Shown here: in pieces, positions 20,067 to 30,223 of the stretch
How positions within the stretch are numbered: position 1 is the stretch's first letter
How the letters are laid out: each line of letters starts with the position of its first letter
NCBI GenBank assembly: GCA_049322215.1
Contig: JBMORU010000001.1
Span: 772,023-836,022 of the forward strand
DNA: 64,000 nt
Direction of reading: 5' to 3'
Source: Patescibacteria group bacterium
GTDB lineage: Bacteria; Patescibacteriota; WWE3; UBA101185; UBA10185
Position numbers and translations under genes: made by a program
Notes under the pieces: generated by a model
Database searches by the model: none
Seen by the model: only the letters and a program-made list of their open reading frames with translations
What the model was told of the DNA's origin: nothing

Positions 20067-22478
20067 ATGTCAACAACCAACCGAATTACTACTTTTATTG
20101 TATTTTTTATAAGTCTTTTTTTAGCATCCTCACAAATAAACACTTTAAATGCACAAACAACCTTAAAAATAAATGCTTATAAAGTAGTTTGTGATAGTGA
20201 AAGTGCTTTGCCAAACTGGGGAGATGGTGGAAAACCATCTGTAATTAATGAAACTACAGCTAAAGACTTTATAAACACCCATGAAAATTGCTATTTTGTT
20301 GAGAATTGGGCATTTCAATGGGGTTTTCACGATAAAGATCAAGGAATAACTCAAGGAGTAGACAAGTTAGTTGGTACTCACTTGGGTACAGCAAGCGGTA
20401 CTCCCTCAGTTTGTGACTACAACTGTGGCGTTAACACTAATAGTGGTAATGCATTTAATGAATGGAAACTTTTTGATACTACAACTGGCCCTTTAGGAAC
20501 ACCTGCAACAGTTGAAATAACTAATTTAGAGAATTCTCCTGGTATTTGGGTTAGAGAGGTATTAACGGCAGATTACATTCCTTATACATACCCAAATCAA
20601 GGAAGCACAGAAAATGATGTTACTGCCGAGTTATATTGTCACCAAGACATAGCTAACTTTGATAATTACGATTTAGTAAGTCCTATTTTCCTAGGTTCTA
20701 CATATAACTGTATTGCCTTTAATGTAATAAATGAACAACCTGTAGATTTGTGTCTAAATATTGAGGGTGTGCAAGAAGAAATACCTGAGAGTTTTTATTT
20801 TGACTCTGAGGTCGAAGCTTGTTTGCCTATTGAAGACGAAAAAGAAGAAGCTGTTTTAACAATATCAAAAGTCAATAATGCCAGTGAAAATAACAAAGAA
20901 ACGGGTGATAACGTAACTTATACAATAATTGTTTCTCTAAACGAAGATTCCCAGGAAGTAAAAAATGTAGAAGTAATTGACTTGCCACCTGAGGGTTTCT
21001 CATATGTTTTAGGGTCTTGGACATCCTCATCAGATGTAAGAGGTGACTTAAAAGACGAAGGCATTACAACTGAGCCTACTTATTCTTCTCCTGGTGTGTG
21101 GCAATTAGGCACTATGACTCCAGGTGAAACAGTTACTTTAACTTATGTAGCTAATATTTCAAGTTCTATAGATCCTGGGCTTTACAAAGATGCCGCATGG
21201 TCAAAAGGTATTGTAGGGTTAAATAATGTGTTTGCAAATGCAGACTCTGGGATTTTTGTAGGTACAACGGTAAACGTAGTAAAACCAGTATCTTATTCTG
21301 AAAACGTTGAAGTAGAAAAAGAAGTAAAAGAAGTTGTAGAAGAAGTTTTAGGTGCCTCTTCTCAACGCCTGTTACCTGCAACTGGTGCTAACACAATTTG
21401 GTTAGCCTCTGCAATTTTAGTGTTTGTATTTGGAGTTATCATGATTGGTTATTCTTTAGTTTTAAAAAGTAAAAAACTTAGAGCTTACTTAAGACTGTTT
21501 TCAGTTTTAATTGTTGCTGGATTAATATTTGTTAGTGGTTTTAGTTCAAATGTTTATGCAGCAGAATTGATTGTACGAATAGAAGAACCGAAGTCACCAA
21601 CAAATGATTCTACATTTGATATTAACTTTGTTGCGCTAGATATTAACAATAGACCAGTAACAATTAAATGCTATGGTAGAAATGTTTCTAATTCATTTGT
21701 GCAGCTAGGTTCTGATCAAAACCTTCAAGCAGGCGGAGATTCAGGAAACTGTAGTGTTGGAAACGACTTAATTACGAGAACAGGAGACTACGAATTTTAC
21801 GTTAAAGCTTTTGCCGAAAGTGACGAGGTTTCCTCCTCTATAGTTAAAGTAGTTTATGACGATACCCGCCCTGGGCAACCAAGAAGCTTTTCTAAATCTA
21901 AATTAGACTCTTGTAAGTACGAAATATCTTTTAAAACAGCAAAAGACGGTGGTGATACAACTAGAGTTGAAGTGTATCGTTCTTCTGAAAAGGACTTTGA
22001 CGCAGATTCAGAATCTTCAATAAAAAATATCGATATTGGTTCTGATAAAAAGGTAAAACTTGAAGTTGAACGCCCTGAATGTGGTAAAAAGTATTATTTC
22101 GCTGTTAGGGCATTTGATGCTGCAGGAAACGTGTCTAAGGTATTAGTAGAAACTGTTGAAGAAACAGAGACCACCATAGTAACTATTGAATCAAGTGTTA
22201 ATGCAGGACAGGGTCCAATTCCAGTTTCCGGTGATGTTGGTTTTGTACTATCTTCTTCAACTGGAAGCACTAACAATGGCTTAGAACTTGAAAATGGTGA
22301 TTTGTTAGGAGATAGCGTAGAGTCTACAGAAGCAGTAAGCGACATAGTAACTAACATACCTACTAACCCTGACTCAGACAGCGATGATACAACAAATAGA
22401 TTATTGTTTTGGGTACTAGTTATACTTGTGGCATTAGGAGTACTGTATGATATATACAGGAAAGTGGCTAAAAAGTAA
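20067..22478 (+). CDS. large surface protein with signal peptide and an internal LPATG sorting signal (LPATG 21372-21386 + TM + KSKK) followed in-frame by a second signal-peptide-like segment, an Ig/FN3-like domain and a C-terminal TM anchor
   Basis: N-terminal signal peptide; LPATGAN + hydrophobic stretch + basic tail = classic sortase sorting signal but at aa about 436 of 803; then FSVLIVAGLIFVSGFSSNVYA|AE and final LLFWVLVILVALGVLY TM. Confidence 0.6.
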   Translation: MSTTNRITTFIVFFISLFLASSQINTLNAQTTLKINAYKVVCDSESALPNWGDGGKPSVINETTAKDFINTHENCYFVENWAFQWGFHDKDQGITQGVDKLVGTHLGTASGTPSVCDYNCGVNTNSGNAFNEWKLFDTTTGPLGTPATVEITNLENSPGIWVREVLTADYIPYTYPNQGSTENDVTAELYCHQDIANFDNYDLVSPIFLGSTYNCIAFNVINEQPVDLCLNIEGVQEEIPESFYFDSEVEACLPIEDEKEEAVLTISKVNNASENNKETGDNVTYTIIVSLNEDSQEVKNVEVIDLPPEGFSYVLGSWTSSSDVRGDLKDEGITTEPTYSSPGVWQLGTMTPGETVTLTYVANISSSIDPGLYKDAAWSKGIVGLNNVFANADSGIFVGTTVNVVKPVSYSENVEVEKEVKEVVEEVLGASSQRLLPATGANTIWLASAILVFVFGVIMIGYSLVLKSKKLRAYLRLFSVLIVAGLIFVSGFSSNVYAAELIVRIEEPKSPTNDSTFDINFVALDINNRPVTIKCYGRNVSNSFVQLGSDQNLQAGGDSGNCSVGNDLITRTGDYEFYVKAFAESDEVSSSIVKVVYDDTRPGQPRSFSKSKLDSCKYEISFKTAKDGGDTTRVEVYRSSEKDFDADSESSIKNIDIGSDKKVKLEVERPECGKKYYFAVRAFDAAGNVSKVLVETVEETETTIVTIESSVNAGQGPIPVSGDVGFVLSSSTGSTNNGLELENGDLLGDSVESTEAVSDIVTNIPTNPDSDSDDTTNRLLFWVLVILVALGVLYDIYRKVAKK

Positions 22479-23112
22479 GATTACCCGCTTATCGAAGTCT
22501 GATCTAGCTTTGTTATTTGGTTTAATACTAGTGGGCGTATCTATAGCTTGTATCTTTGTAGTTTTTTATCCAGTATTAAAAGAAGAGTTTAGATATAACT
22601 TTGAAAAACGATACGTAGACCCCAAAGTTTTACTTACTAACCCCAGCATAAAAGTTCCAGGATATATTGTACCTGTTGACACATCGTTTAGCGTTGTTAT
22701 TCCTAAAATTGGAGCTAATTCAAAAGTTGTGGCAAATGTGGATCCCTACAATTCTAATGAATATCAGGTTCAGCTAACAAAAGGGGTAGCACATGCTTTA
22801 GGTACAAGTTTTCCCGGAATGCCCGGGAACACCTTTTTGTTTGCACACTCATCAGGAAATATTTTTGAAGCAAATAAATACAATTCTATCTTTTATCTTT
22901 TAAATAAGTTGGAATACGGCGATGAAATTTTTGTAGCTTATTTTGGGGAGTTATATACATATAAAGTACATACAATTAAAGTTGTTGAAGCAGCAGATGT
23001 AGAATACCTTAAAGATGAAAACTCTGATAAATCAATGCTAACGCTAATGACCTGTTGGCCAGCAGGTACAACATTAAAAAGGTTAATTGTTCAGGCAGAC
23101 GTTATAAATTAA
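22447..23112 (+). CDS. sortase (transpeptidase)
   Basis: N-terminal TM, LFAHSSG (catalytic His), TLMTCWP (TLxTC catalytic Cys), KRLIV (Arg); overlaps the LPXTG gene 3' end. Confidence 0.7.
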   Translation: MIYTGKWLKSKITRLSKSDLALLFGLILVGVSIACIFVVFYPVLKEEFRYNFEKRYVDPKVLLTNPSIKVPGYIVPVDTSFSVVIPKIGANSKVVANVDPYNSNEYQVQLTKGVAHALGTSFPGMPGNTFLFAHSSGNIFEANKYNSIFYLLNKLEYGDEIFVAYFGELYTYKVHTIKVVEAADVEYLKDENSDKSMLTLMTCWPAGTTLKRLIVQADVIN

Positions 23113-24602
23113 AGATATTCTGCTTGGTAAACGTGTACCCATAAGTATTTAGAAAACTGCTTTTTCTCAAGTTTTGTGAAGTGATTATCAAAATAGTTTC
23201 TCACTAATGCTGCATTTTCTAAATCTTCCGAAATTAAAAGGTACATTTTTTGATGTCCTTGTCTCAAAAATTCTGTATCTTTTTCAATAGTTTCTGCAGT
23301 TGCTGCTGGTATACCAGATTTTCTTCTATCCCAAAAAGGAATAGTTACCATACGCGCTTTTGAAGAGTAATAATACTGAACAGGATATATGTTGTAAGGT
23401 GGACTTAACAGTACTAAATCTCTAGGAGATGCGTTTTCATTTATATATTGAGTAGCAGCTCTATAATCTTCTACCTTAGGGTTATAACTGCTGGTTCTTT
23501 GGTTGTGGAGGGATATTAACATTAGCCCAAACAATAACACTAAAACACCATACTTCAATTTCCCTCTTATTTCATCGATATACCAGGCAATTAAAATGAA
23601 ATATAACGGTGTAGCAGATACCAAGTATCTTGTTAAATATACAGGCTTAGCTAAAACACTTACACCAAAGGTTAAAACTACAGGTAGTACAGTACCTAGT
23701 AAAAGAAAATATATCCAATAAGTAAAGGGGTCCTGTCTTTTGGTTAAAAATATAAAACCAAGTAGTATTATTAGTGGCCATAAACCAATAATAAATGCGG
23801 CATATTCTTCGGGTTGATACCCAAAAGTGAATTCGAAGAAGCTTAAAAACATATTAAAGCTATTTGGGGTGGTTAACGATGGTGCATATGTTCCGGCATT
23901 TGTAGCAGTGGCAAGCATACGTAGCCATGGAATAAAAGCTAAAATCAACGCTAGTGCAGAAATAACAAGTCCCCATAATATATAAATCTTCTTTGTTTCC
24001 TTGTTAATTTGTGTTTTCCATGCAGCTATAAAGAAAATTACTTGAACAAGTAAGACTAAACCAAAATAGTAATGGGTATAAATACCAAGAATGTTAAATA
24101 AAATATAACCTAAGTAATAACCAGGTTTGTGTGTTTTTATGATTTTTACAAAAAAGTAGTATGACATTATTGAGGCAAAGGTAAGTAGGGTATACATTCT
24201 AATTTCTCTGCTATACCAAACCCAAAAAGGGGATACTGCAGCTATTGTTGTAGCTATTAATGCTCGTTCTTTATCTAATACTTCTTTTGCAAGCAAGTAT
24301 ATTGCGGGTAAGCATAGTAGCCCAGGTATTAAGGCTAATGTTCTTACTGCGGTTTCAGAAGTACCAAATGTTTCCATCCAATAGTGTAGTAAGGTGTTAT
24401 GTAAGGGCAAGTGCACATTTTTAGCCATGTAAAAACGTATGTATTCAATAGTATGTGACGCTTGCCATACACTTTGAGCTTCGTCTAAACGTAATCCGCT
24501 ATAACCCAGCTTCCAAATGCGTAATAAAGATCCTATTAGAATAACTGTCACTAATAGTATTTGGTGAGCATATTTTTTATGTAATATACCTTGTTTATTC
24601 AA
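23109..24602 (-). CDS. GT-C fold glycosyltransferase, family 39/ArnT-PMT-like (polytopic membrane)
   Basis: LLRIWKLGYSGLRLDEAQSVW N-terminal loop motif typical of PMT_2/ArnT; about 11 TM. Confidence 0.6.
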   Translation of the reverse strand: MNKQGILHKKYAHQILLVTVILIGSLLRIWKLGYSGLRLDEAQSVWQASHTIEYIRFYMAKNVHLPLHNTLLHYWMETFGTSETAVRTLALIPGLLCLPAIYLLAKEVLDKERALIATTIAAVSPFWVWYSREIRMYTLLTFASIMSYYFFVKIIKTHKPGYYLGYILFNILGIYTHYYFGLVLLVQVIFFIAAWKTQINKETKKIYILWGLVISALALILAFIPWLRMLATATNAGTYAPSLTTPNSFNMFLSFFEFTFGYQPEEYAAFIIGLWPLIILLGFIFLTKRQDPFTYWIYFLLLGTVLPVVLTFGVSVLAKPVYLTRYLVSATPLYFILIAWYIDEIRGKLKYGVLVLLFGLMLISLHNQRTSSYNPKVEDYRAATQYINENASPRDLVLLSPPYNIYPVQYYYSSKARMVTIPFWDRRKSGIPAATAETIEKDTEFLRQGHQKMYLLISEDLENAALVRNYFDNHFTKLEKKQFSKYLWVHVYQAEYL

Positions 24603-26235
24603 TTTCTAATTCTCCTGTAGTTTCTTCATTAGACGCAAAAATTAATGCTTTATTAGATTCTTTTTGAGTAGCATGTTTTTCTTTAACTCTGAATAAAAAC
24701 TTTGATTTAGAATAGCTATATACTGGGTTTAAAAGTTTATTCCAATTGTAGCCAGCACGAATAAATCCAAAAAAGAATATGCTATTAAAAATAATCCATG
24801 CAATATTTGTTACAACCGATGGAATTAGTCCTTCCCTGGCAATTCCAATTCCAATTGCTATAACCCCCACAGTTATATAAGTTATATGGGGTATTGCAAG
24901 CTTTAAGAAATTACCTTCCTGAGCATCTTTTGGTGTTACATCAAAGGAGTCTTTTTTATTAAACAACACAGCTACCACGGCTTTTATCATTATGTAAAAG
25001 CTACTCATAGACATTTGAATTGCTCTAAAAGTTATTGTGTTATGAGTAGACATCATTAAAAGGTAAAGTGTAGAAAACATGAAAGGGAAGAAGTAAATCA
25101 TAAAATTGGTAGAGTTTTGATTTACAGGCATTAGTCCAGTACTTAAGGCAATTACTGGTATAAGTGCGTCTATTAAAATTACAATACCGTTTAGCCAGTA
25201 ACCAGATGAATACAAATACTGCACTTTTTGCCCCCAAGTTAGTTTTCTGTTAAGTAACGGATTATGTTTTAGTATTATTTCGAGTGAACCTCTTGCCCAT
25301 CTATATTGTTGTTTTGCGTAATCTTGCAGGTTATGAGGTGCCATACCTTCGGCTAATACTTCAGGCCAGTAAATAGACTTCCATCCATTTGAATGCAGGT
25401 AGTAAGACATTATAAAGTCTTCTGCAATATTGTCTTCTGGAAATCCTCCAACCTCTTCAACTGCAGACTTTCTTGCAACAAAATTTGTACCACAACAAAA
25501 TGTGGCATTCATTCTTACTTTTCCTCTACAAATTGGTCCAAAAAACAATTCCTGTTGTTCCCAGGCAGCTGTAGTTAAAAAGCTATTGTCTTTGTTTTGG
25601 TAATATTGAGGAGTTTGAACAAATGCTACTTTTTCATCTTTAAAAAAGCCCATTGTTTTTGTTAAAAAGTCTGCTCTAGGTACATGATCGGTATCAAATA
25701 AGGCTATAAAAGGTGCATCCACAAGATTTAATGCATTATTTACATTACCTGATTTTGCCCCTCCAGGTTCCTGTCTTGTAACTGCGGTAACGCCATATTT
25801 TTTTGCTACTTCATTATTTTCTTGCCATGGTGTTTTTATTTTTTTTGTCTTTTCAAAAACATATCCATCATTTAAAAAGTAAACCTCATAATTGGGGTAA
25901 TCTAGCTCAGTTGCAGCCTTTAAAATATTTTCTACAACCTCAGGGGGTTCTATACTTCCTACAATCATTATGGCAACTTTTGGGAATTCTTTTAGTTTAG
26001 CCAAACGTGGCTTTTTCTGATCCCAGATTGTATATGCGTAACCCAATGCTAAAAGCACATGATAAACCTCGCCAATAAATAATAACGAGTATAAAAGTAT
26101 GTTTCCTGCATTATTAAAATCAAGCCACCAGGTAAAGTAAATAAGTGTAAATACTACTGATAAAGAAATAATAAACTTTGGTACTTCAGTTGGTTTAGAA
26201 ATTATTTCATGCGGTGTTCTATTATCAATCTTCAT
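24595..26235 (-). CDS. processive family-2 glycosyltransferase, cellulose-synthase-like (paralog of 3290-4816)
   Basis: FDTDH (DxD), VQTPQYYQNKD, FCCGTNFVARKSAV, QQYRWARG (QxxRW). Confidence 0.8.
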   Translation of the reverse strand: MKIDNRTPHEIISKPTEVPKFIISLSVVFTLIYFTWWLDFNNAGNILLYSLLFIGEVYHVLLALGYAYTIWDQKKPRLAKLKEFPKVAIMIVGSIEPPEVVENILKAATELDYPNYEVYFLNDGYVFEKTKKIKTPWQENNEVAKKYGVTAVTRQEPGGAKSGNVNNALNLVDAPFIALFDTDHVPRADFLTKTMGFFKDEKVAFVQTPQYYQNKDNSFLTTAAWEQQELFFGPICRGKVRMNATFCCGTNFVARKSAVEEVGGFPEDNIAEDFIMSYYLHSNGWKSIYWPEVLAEGMAPHNLQDYAKQQYRWARGSLEIILKHNPLLNRKLTWGQKVQYLYSSGYWLNGIVILIDALIPVIALSTGLMPVNQNSTNFMIYFFPFMFSTLYLLMMSTHNTITFRAIQMSMSSFYIMIKAVVAVLFNKKDSFDVTPKDAQEGNFLKLAIPHITYITVGVIAIGIGIAREGLIPSVVTNIAWIIFNSIFFFGFIRAGYNWNKLLNPVYSYSKSKFLFRVKEKHATQKESNKALIFASNEETTGELEIE

Positions 26236-27448
26236 AGTCAGTTATCCCTTCTATATTATTTAAGTTAAGTAATTTATTTTCATATAAGGCCATTCCAAAC
26301 CACACCCAATTTTGTGAGTAATAACCTAAGTCTTTATTTTCATGGAATTTTTCTAAATCTTTATCATATAAAGAAGCAATTTTTGTTACGTAAATTTCTT
26401 TGGCTAGGTCTTCGTTTACTATTTGCATAGCAGGCAATATTGCTCCATATAAACTATTACTTTGATACGTAACCAAAGGGGTTCCGTTTTCAGCATAGCG
26501 GGCTAGTATTTTTCCTTCTTTAGTCCATTCATTTTGCAAAAAGGTTAATGATTCAAGATATTCTTTAGCTTGGGGATTGCGGTGCCATTTCCAATCAAGG
26601 GCAACTCGCCAGGGTACCCGTATTGCATCGTCAGAAAAGGCAACTGTTTTATCAAAATGCGAGGCCTTTAAAATTTCACCAGATGTTGGGTCAATACTTA
26701 CCCAGTCAGGAGGTAGTCCAACAGTGTTTTCTTTTTCCAACGGGTTTTCTTGTATTGTTTTTAAAACTTTGTATGAAGTGTCTCTTAACGCTAACCAATC
26801 GTGTTCTGGATCAACTTCTGCAAAAATTGGATATGCAGCAAAAGAGAAGTATGAAGGGTTTATTGTAGGAAAAGCTTCGCTTTTTGCCCAATTACCTGCA
26901 AGTAAGTATGGTTCGCCTTGTATCTCAATTACTTCTATTTCCCATATATCCGCAAGTATTTCCCGAGCTTGTTTTATATACCTTTCTTCGTTCCATCTTT
27001 TAGAAGCAAAAATTAAAGCTAGTGCTATGTCTTGATCTGCATCAGTAGCTGTGTTTAAGCCTCCTTCATCAAAAATTATTCCCCAGCTTCCATTTTTACT
27101 TTGTCCCCACATCCACGCGAATAGTTTATCTGTTTCTCTTTTTCTTAAGTTATTATTTGTCCAGGTTAATACTTTATCAAAGGTTGCTTTGTCGTCCATC
27201 CAAACAGCCCTAAGTAAAGAATAGGATTGTCCTTCAGAGGTAGTTAAATAATTTCTTTCTCTATCAATTGTTCTACCATCTTTTTGTATTTTATCTCTGT
27301 ATTCAAACCACAAGTTTTCTATTACTACATTGGGGTAAGTTTCTATAAAAATGTTTCTTTCAGGTGCTACAGGACTAATCATTGTTTGAGTTCCTATTAA
27401 GAAAGTTGTTATTAAATATTTAATTGTATTAACAATAGACTCGATCAT
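26225..27448 (-). CDS. glycoside hydrolase family 8 (endoglucanase, BcsZ-like), secreted
   Basis: TSEGQSYSLLRA and ATDADQDIALALIFASKRW match the GH8 signature A-[ST]-D-[AG]-D-x2-[IM]-A-x-[SA]-[LIVM]-[LIVMG]-x-A-x3-[FW]. Confidence 0.75.
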   Translation of the reverse strand: MIESIVNTIKYLITTFLIGTQTMISPVAPERNIFIETYPNVVIENLWFEYRDKIQKDGRTIDRERNYLTTSEGQSYSLLRAVWMDDKATFDKVLTWTNNNLRKRETDKLFAWMWGQSKNGSWGIIFDEGGLNTATDADQDIALALIFASKRWNEERYIKQAREILADIWEIEVIEIQGEPYLLAGNWAKSEAFPTINPSYFSFAAYPIFAEVDPEHDWLALRDTSYKVLKTIQENPLEKENTVGLPPDWVSIDPTSGEILKASHFDKTVAFSDDAIRVPWRVALDWKWHRNPQAKEYLESLTFLQNEWTKEGKILARYAENGTPLVTYQSNSLYGAILPAMQIVNEDLAKEIYVTKIASLYDKDLEKFHENKDLGYYSQNWVWFGMALYENKLLNLNNIEGITDYED

Positions 27449-27700
27449 TTTACCTTTTTAACGCAAAAAAAAGCACAGCAAGTAGCGTTAGTACATGTTA
27501 TGGGTTTAAAAAATCGTAAGTTTGTAACTGTCTAGAAAAACCCATAAATAAATAAAAATACATGGGGATTCCATGTATTTGAGTGGTAGCTATTACCTTA
27601 TAACTTCAACTTTATTGAAATTAACGATACGACAGTTCCATGCAGTGATAAATTATACAGAAAATAACACAAAATTCAAATATATATAGGATTAATTTTT

Positions 27701-28753
27701 TTGAAGAAGACTAGTGTTTACCTTGATTTACTTTTGCACTCTTATATACTTACAAATATGCAATTCATTTCAAATACAACCTATGATGATACTGCAACAG
27801 TTCAAAGATTCATAAGAACACTTGCCGGTGCTGTTTCACTTATATTGTTAATATTTATTCTTGTTTTGCCTGCTAGTGCTTTATCTACCGCTACTTTTGA
27901 TAATCCCTTTATATTTGGTTTACCTGCATTACTTTTAGGTTTTTGGGTAGCAAGTGTTGTTTCAAAAATGTTTTATATTTTACCTGAATGGCAAAAACTT
28001 GTTTTGTTGCGTTTAGGTAAATTTGTTGGCGTACGTGGTGCAGGGTTTTTTATAATTCCTCCCTTTATTTTTTCTGTTGCTTCTATAGTTGATATGCGCA
28101 TAGTTACGCAGCAGGTGGAAGCTACTGCCACATTAACTAAAGACAATGTACCTATCAAGGTAACAGCTGCGATAGAATATAAAGTAGAAGATCCGCGAAA
28201 AGCAGTTATTGACGTGCAAAATTATAGAACATCTGTAACCTGGCTCTCAACAGAAGCCCTTAAAAATACAATTGGTAGTTTAGACTTAAAAGAATTGCTA
28301 AGCGAACGTGAACAAATAGCTGAATCTTTAAGAAAACAAATAGATGAAGGCGCCGCAAGTTATGGAGTTGATGTTAAGGCGGTTCGAATTACCGATGTTG
28401 ATACTCCTCAATCGTTAATTGAAGAACTTGCAGTTATAGCTAGAGCTAGACGTGCATCTGAAGCTAAACAAATTCAGGCTGCAGCAGAAGTTCAAGTTGC
28501 TCAAAAAATGGTAGAAGCTAGTCGCTTGCTTAATACTTCCTCAAGTGGCATGAAGTTACGCGAGTTACAAGTATTAAGTGAAATGAGTAAGGAAGAAAGT
28601 TCTATGATAATAGTGTATCCTTACGGAGATGTAGATGGAAAAAGTTTAGCTCAAGCATCTGCAGGCAATATAAGCATGACAAAGCACAAAGACACACAGG
28701 AAAAAATTGAGGAATCAAGTGGAGAAATCTCAATCCCAACACAATACAACTAA
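27701..28753 (+). CDS. SPFH/band-7 (stomatin/prohibitin-like) membrane protein
   Basis: TM then the SPFH core (VDMRIVTQQVEA...KDNVPIKVTAAIEYKVEDPRKAV) and coiled-coil; the ORF-track start is TTG, the true start may be the ATG at 27760. Confidence 0.7.
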   Translation: MKKTSVYLDLLLHSYILTNMQFISNTTYDDTATVQRFIRTLAGAVSLILLIFILVLPASALSTATFDNPFIFGLPALLLGFWVASVVSKMFYILPEWQKLVLLRLGKFVGVRGAGFFIIPPFIFSVASIVDMRIVTQQVEATATLTKDNVPIKVTAAIEYKVEDPRKAVIDVQNYRTSVTWLSTEALKNTIGSLDLKELLSEREQIAESLRKQIDEGAASYGVDVKAVRITDVDTPQSLIEELAVIARARRASEAKQIQAAAEVQVAQKMVEASRLLNTSSSGMKLRELQVLSEMSKEESSMIIVYPYGDVDGKSLAQASAGNISMTKHKDTQEKIEESSGEISIPTQYN

Positions 28754-29486
28754 AAAAGAACTAAAGGGAACTAATTTAGTGATAATTATAACAGTGATAG
28801 TTTCTTTGCTTGGAGCTTATTTTGTTGGCTCTAAAATAAGTTCTTTTAAATTCTCGTCAAAGTTTACATCTTCTTTAAACTCTGAAGAGTCTGTAGTAGT
28901 ACCCGACTTTGAACCTACTCAATCTGTAACTTTAGCTGTTGTTACTGGAGAAGATCATATTTATGGTGATGAATTCGCACCAATAGCAATTGTGGAATAT
29001 TCTGATTTAGAATGTTCTTTTTGTGGGACGTACAACAATACTATAAAGGAGTTTGTTGATAAAAATGAAGGCAAAGTTATGTGGGTATATAGGCATTTTC
29101 CTATAGAGAATTTGCACCAAAATGCACGACTTGCCGCTGAGGCTACTGAATGTGCCTACTCTATAGGTGGAGAAGATGTTTTTTGGAAAATGCTAGCTTC
29201 AATTCATGAAAGCGCCGATGAAGAAGGTAATATAGAAAAAGAAAAGCTTCCAGAGATAGCAAAAAATTTAAATATACATATAGGTGACTTTGAGGAATGT
29301 TTAGACACCAAAAAATTTGAACTTAAAGTAGAGAGTATATTTAATACAGGTCTTGTAGCTGGCGTAGAAAGCGTACCTACAACTTTTGTAATGCATATGG
29401 AAACAGGAGCACTAATTCCAATTGAAGGCTCAATTAGTGATAAAGTATTGCAGGCAGCAGTAAACGAAATGATGTCATACAAGTAA
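28707..29486 (+). CDS. DsbA-like thioredoxin-fold thiol:disulfide oxidoreductase, membrane anchored
   Basis: TM + CSFC (CxxC) active site in a thioredoxin-like context; start uncertain (TTG 28707, GTG 28719 or GTG about 28776 after RBS aaggga). Confidence 0.6.
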   Translation: MRNQVEKSQSQHNTTKKELKGTNLVIIITVIVSLLGAYFVGSKISSFKFSSKFTSSLNSEESVVVPDFEPTQSVTLAVVTGEDHIYGDEFAPIAIVEYSDLECSFCGTYNNTIKEFVDKNEGKVMWVYRHFPIENLHQNARLAAEATECAYSIGGEDVFWKMLASIHESADEEGNIEKEKLPEIAKNLNIHIGDFEECLDTKKFELKVESIFNTGLVAGVESVPTTFVMHMETGALIPIEGSISDKVLQAAVNEMMSYK

Positions 29487-29533
29487 TTTTGTAACTATTC
29501 TACTTTTTCCTCTAGGCATGCTAAAATGCTCGA

Positions 29534-30223
29534 ATGGACTGCGGAAAGCTATTTATCGTGCCTACACCAATAGGCAATTTGGGAGATATTTCTCAAAGAG
29601 CACTTAAAGTTTTGTCCGAAGTATCTGTTATTCTTTCTGAAGATACAAGGGAAACGAAGAAATTACTAGATAAATACAACATAAATACCTCTCAAATATC
29701 ATATAGGGATCAAAACCATTCTAAAGTTTTAAATCAAATACTTACACTACTTAGTAGTGGACAAGATGCGGCCTTAGTTTCAGATAGTGGTGCACCTTTA
29801 GTATCAGATCCTGGATTTAAACTTATATCTCACTTGAGAACAGAAAACTACGAAATTATTTCGATACCAGGACCGTCTGCAGCTATATCTGCGCTTATTG
29901 CTTCGGGGTTGCCCACAGATAAATTTAGTTTTTTAGGTTTTTTGCCCAAGAGTAAAGGCAAGAAAAAAGAAATTTTAACCTCTTTTGGTTCTTTAGATTC
30001 TACATTGATAATATATGAATCACCCTATAGAATAGGAAGGTTATTGCTGGATGTTGAAGAAATTTTAGGAAATCGCTTTGTTTGTATTGCGTCAGAAATT
30101 AGTAAAATTCATGAGCAATATTTGTACGGTTCAATTAGTGATGTAACTAAGGAGCTAAGCAACACAAAAGTAAAAGGTGAATATGTTTTATTAATAGCAA
30201 AAAAAGGATTTAAACATGCTTGA
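29534..30223 (+). CDS. rsmI: 16S rRNA (cytidine1402-2'-O)-methyltransferase, tetrapyrrole-methylase fold
   Basis: LFIVPTPIGNLGDISQRALKVL...ILSEDTRETKKLL N-terminal signature of RsmI. Confidence 0.8.
   Translation: MDCGKLFIVPTPIGNLGDISQRALKVLSEVSVILSEDTRETKKLLDKYNINTSQISYRDQNHSKVLNQILTLLSSGQDAALVSDSGAPLVSDPGFKLISHLRTENYEIISIPGPSAAISALIASGLPTDKFSFLGFLPKSKGKKKEILTSFGSLDSTLIIYESPYRIGRLLLDVEEILGNRFVCIASEISKIHEQYLYGSISDVTKELSNTKVKGEYVLLIAKKGFKHA

Noticed and set aside
20067-22478. Possibility that the 803-aa ORF is simply one ordinary LPXTG protein
   Set aside because: The sorting signal is at residues about 436-470 and is followed by about 330 more residues with their own signal-like segment and terminal TM. 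Canonical LPXTG signals are C-terminal, so the atypical architecture is kept as a finding rather than dismissed.
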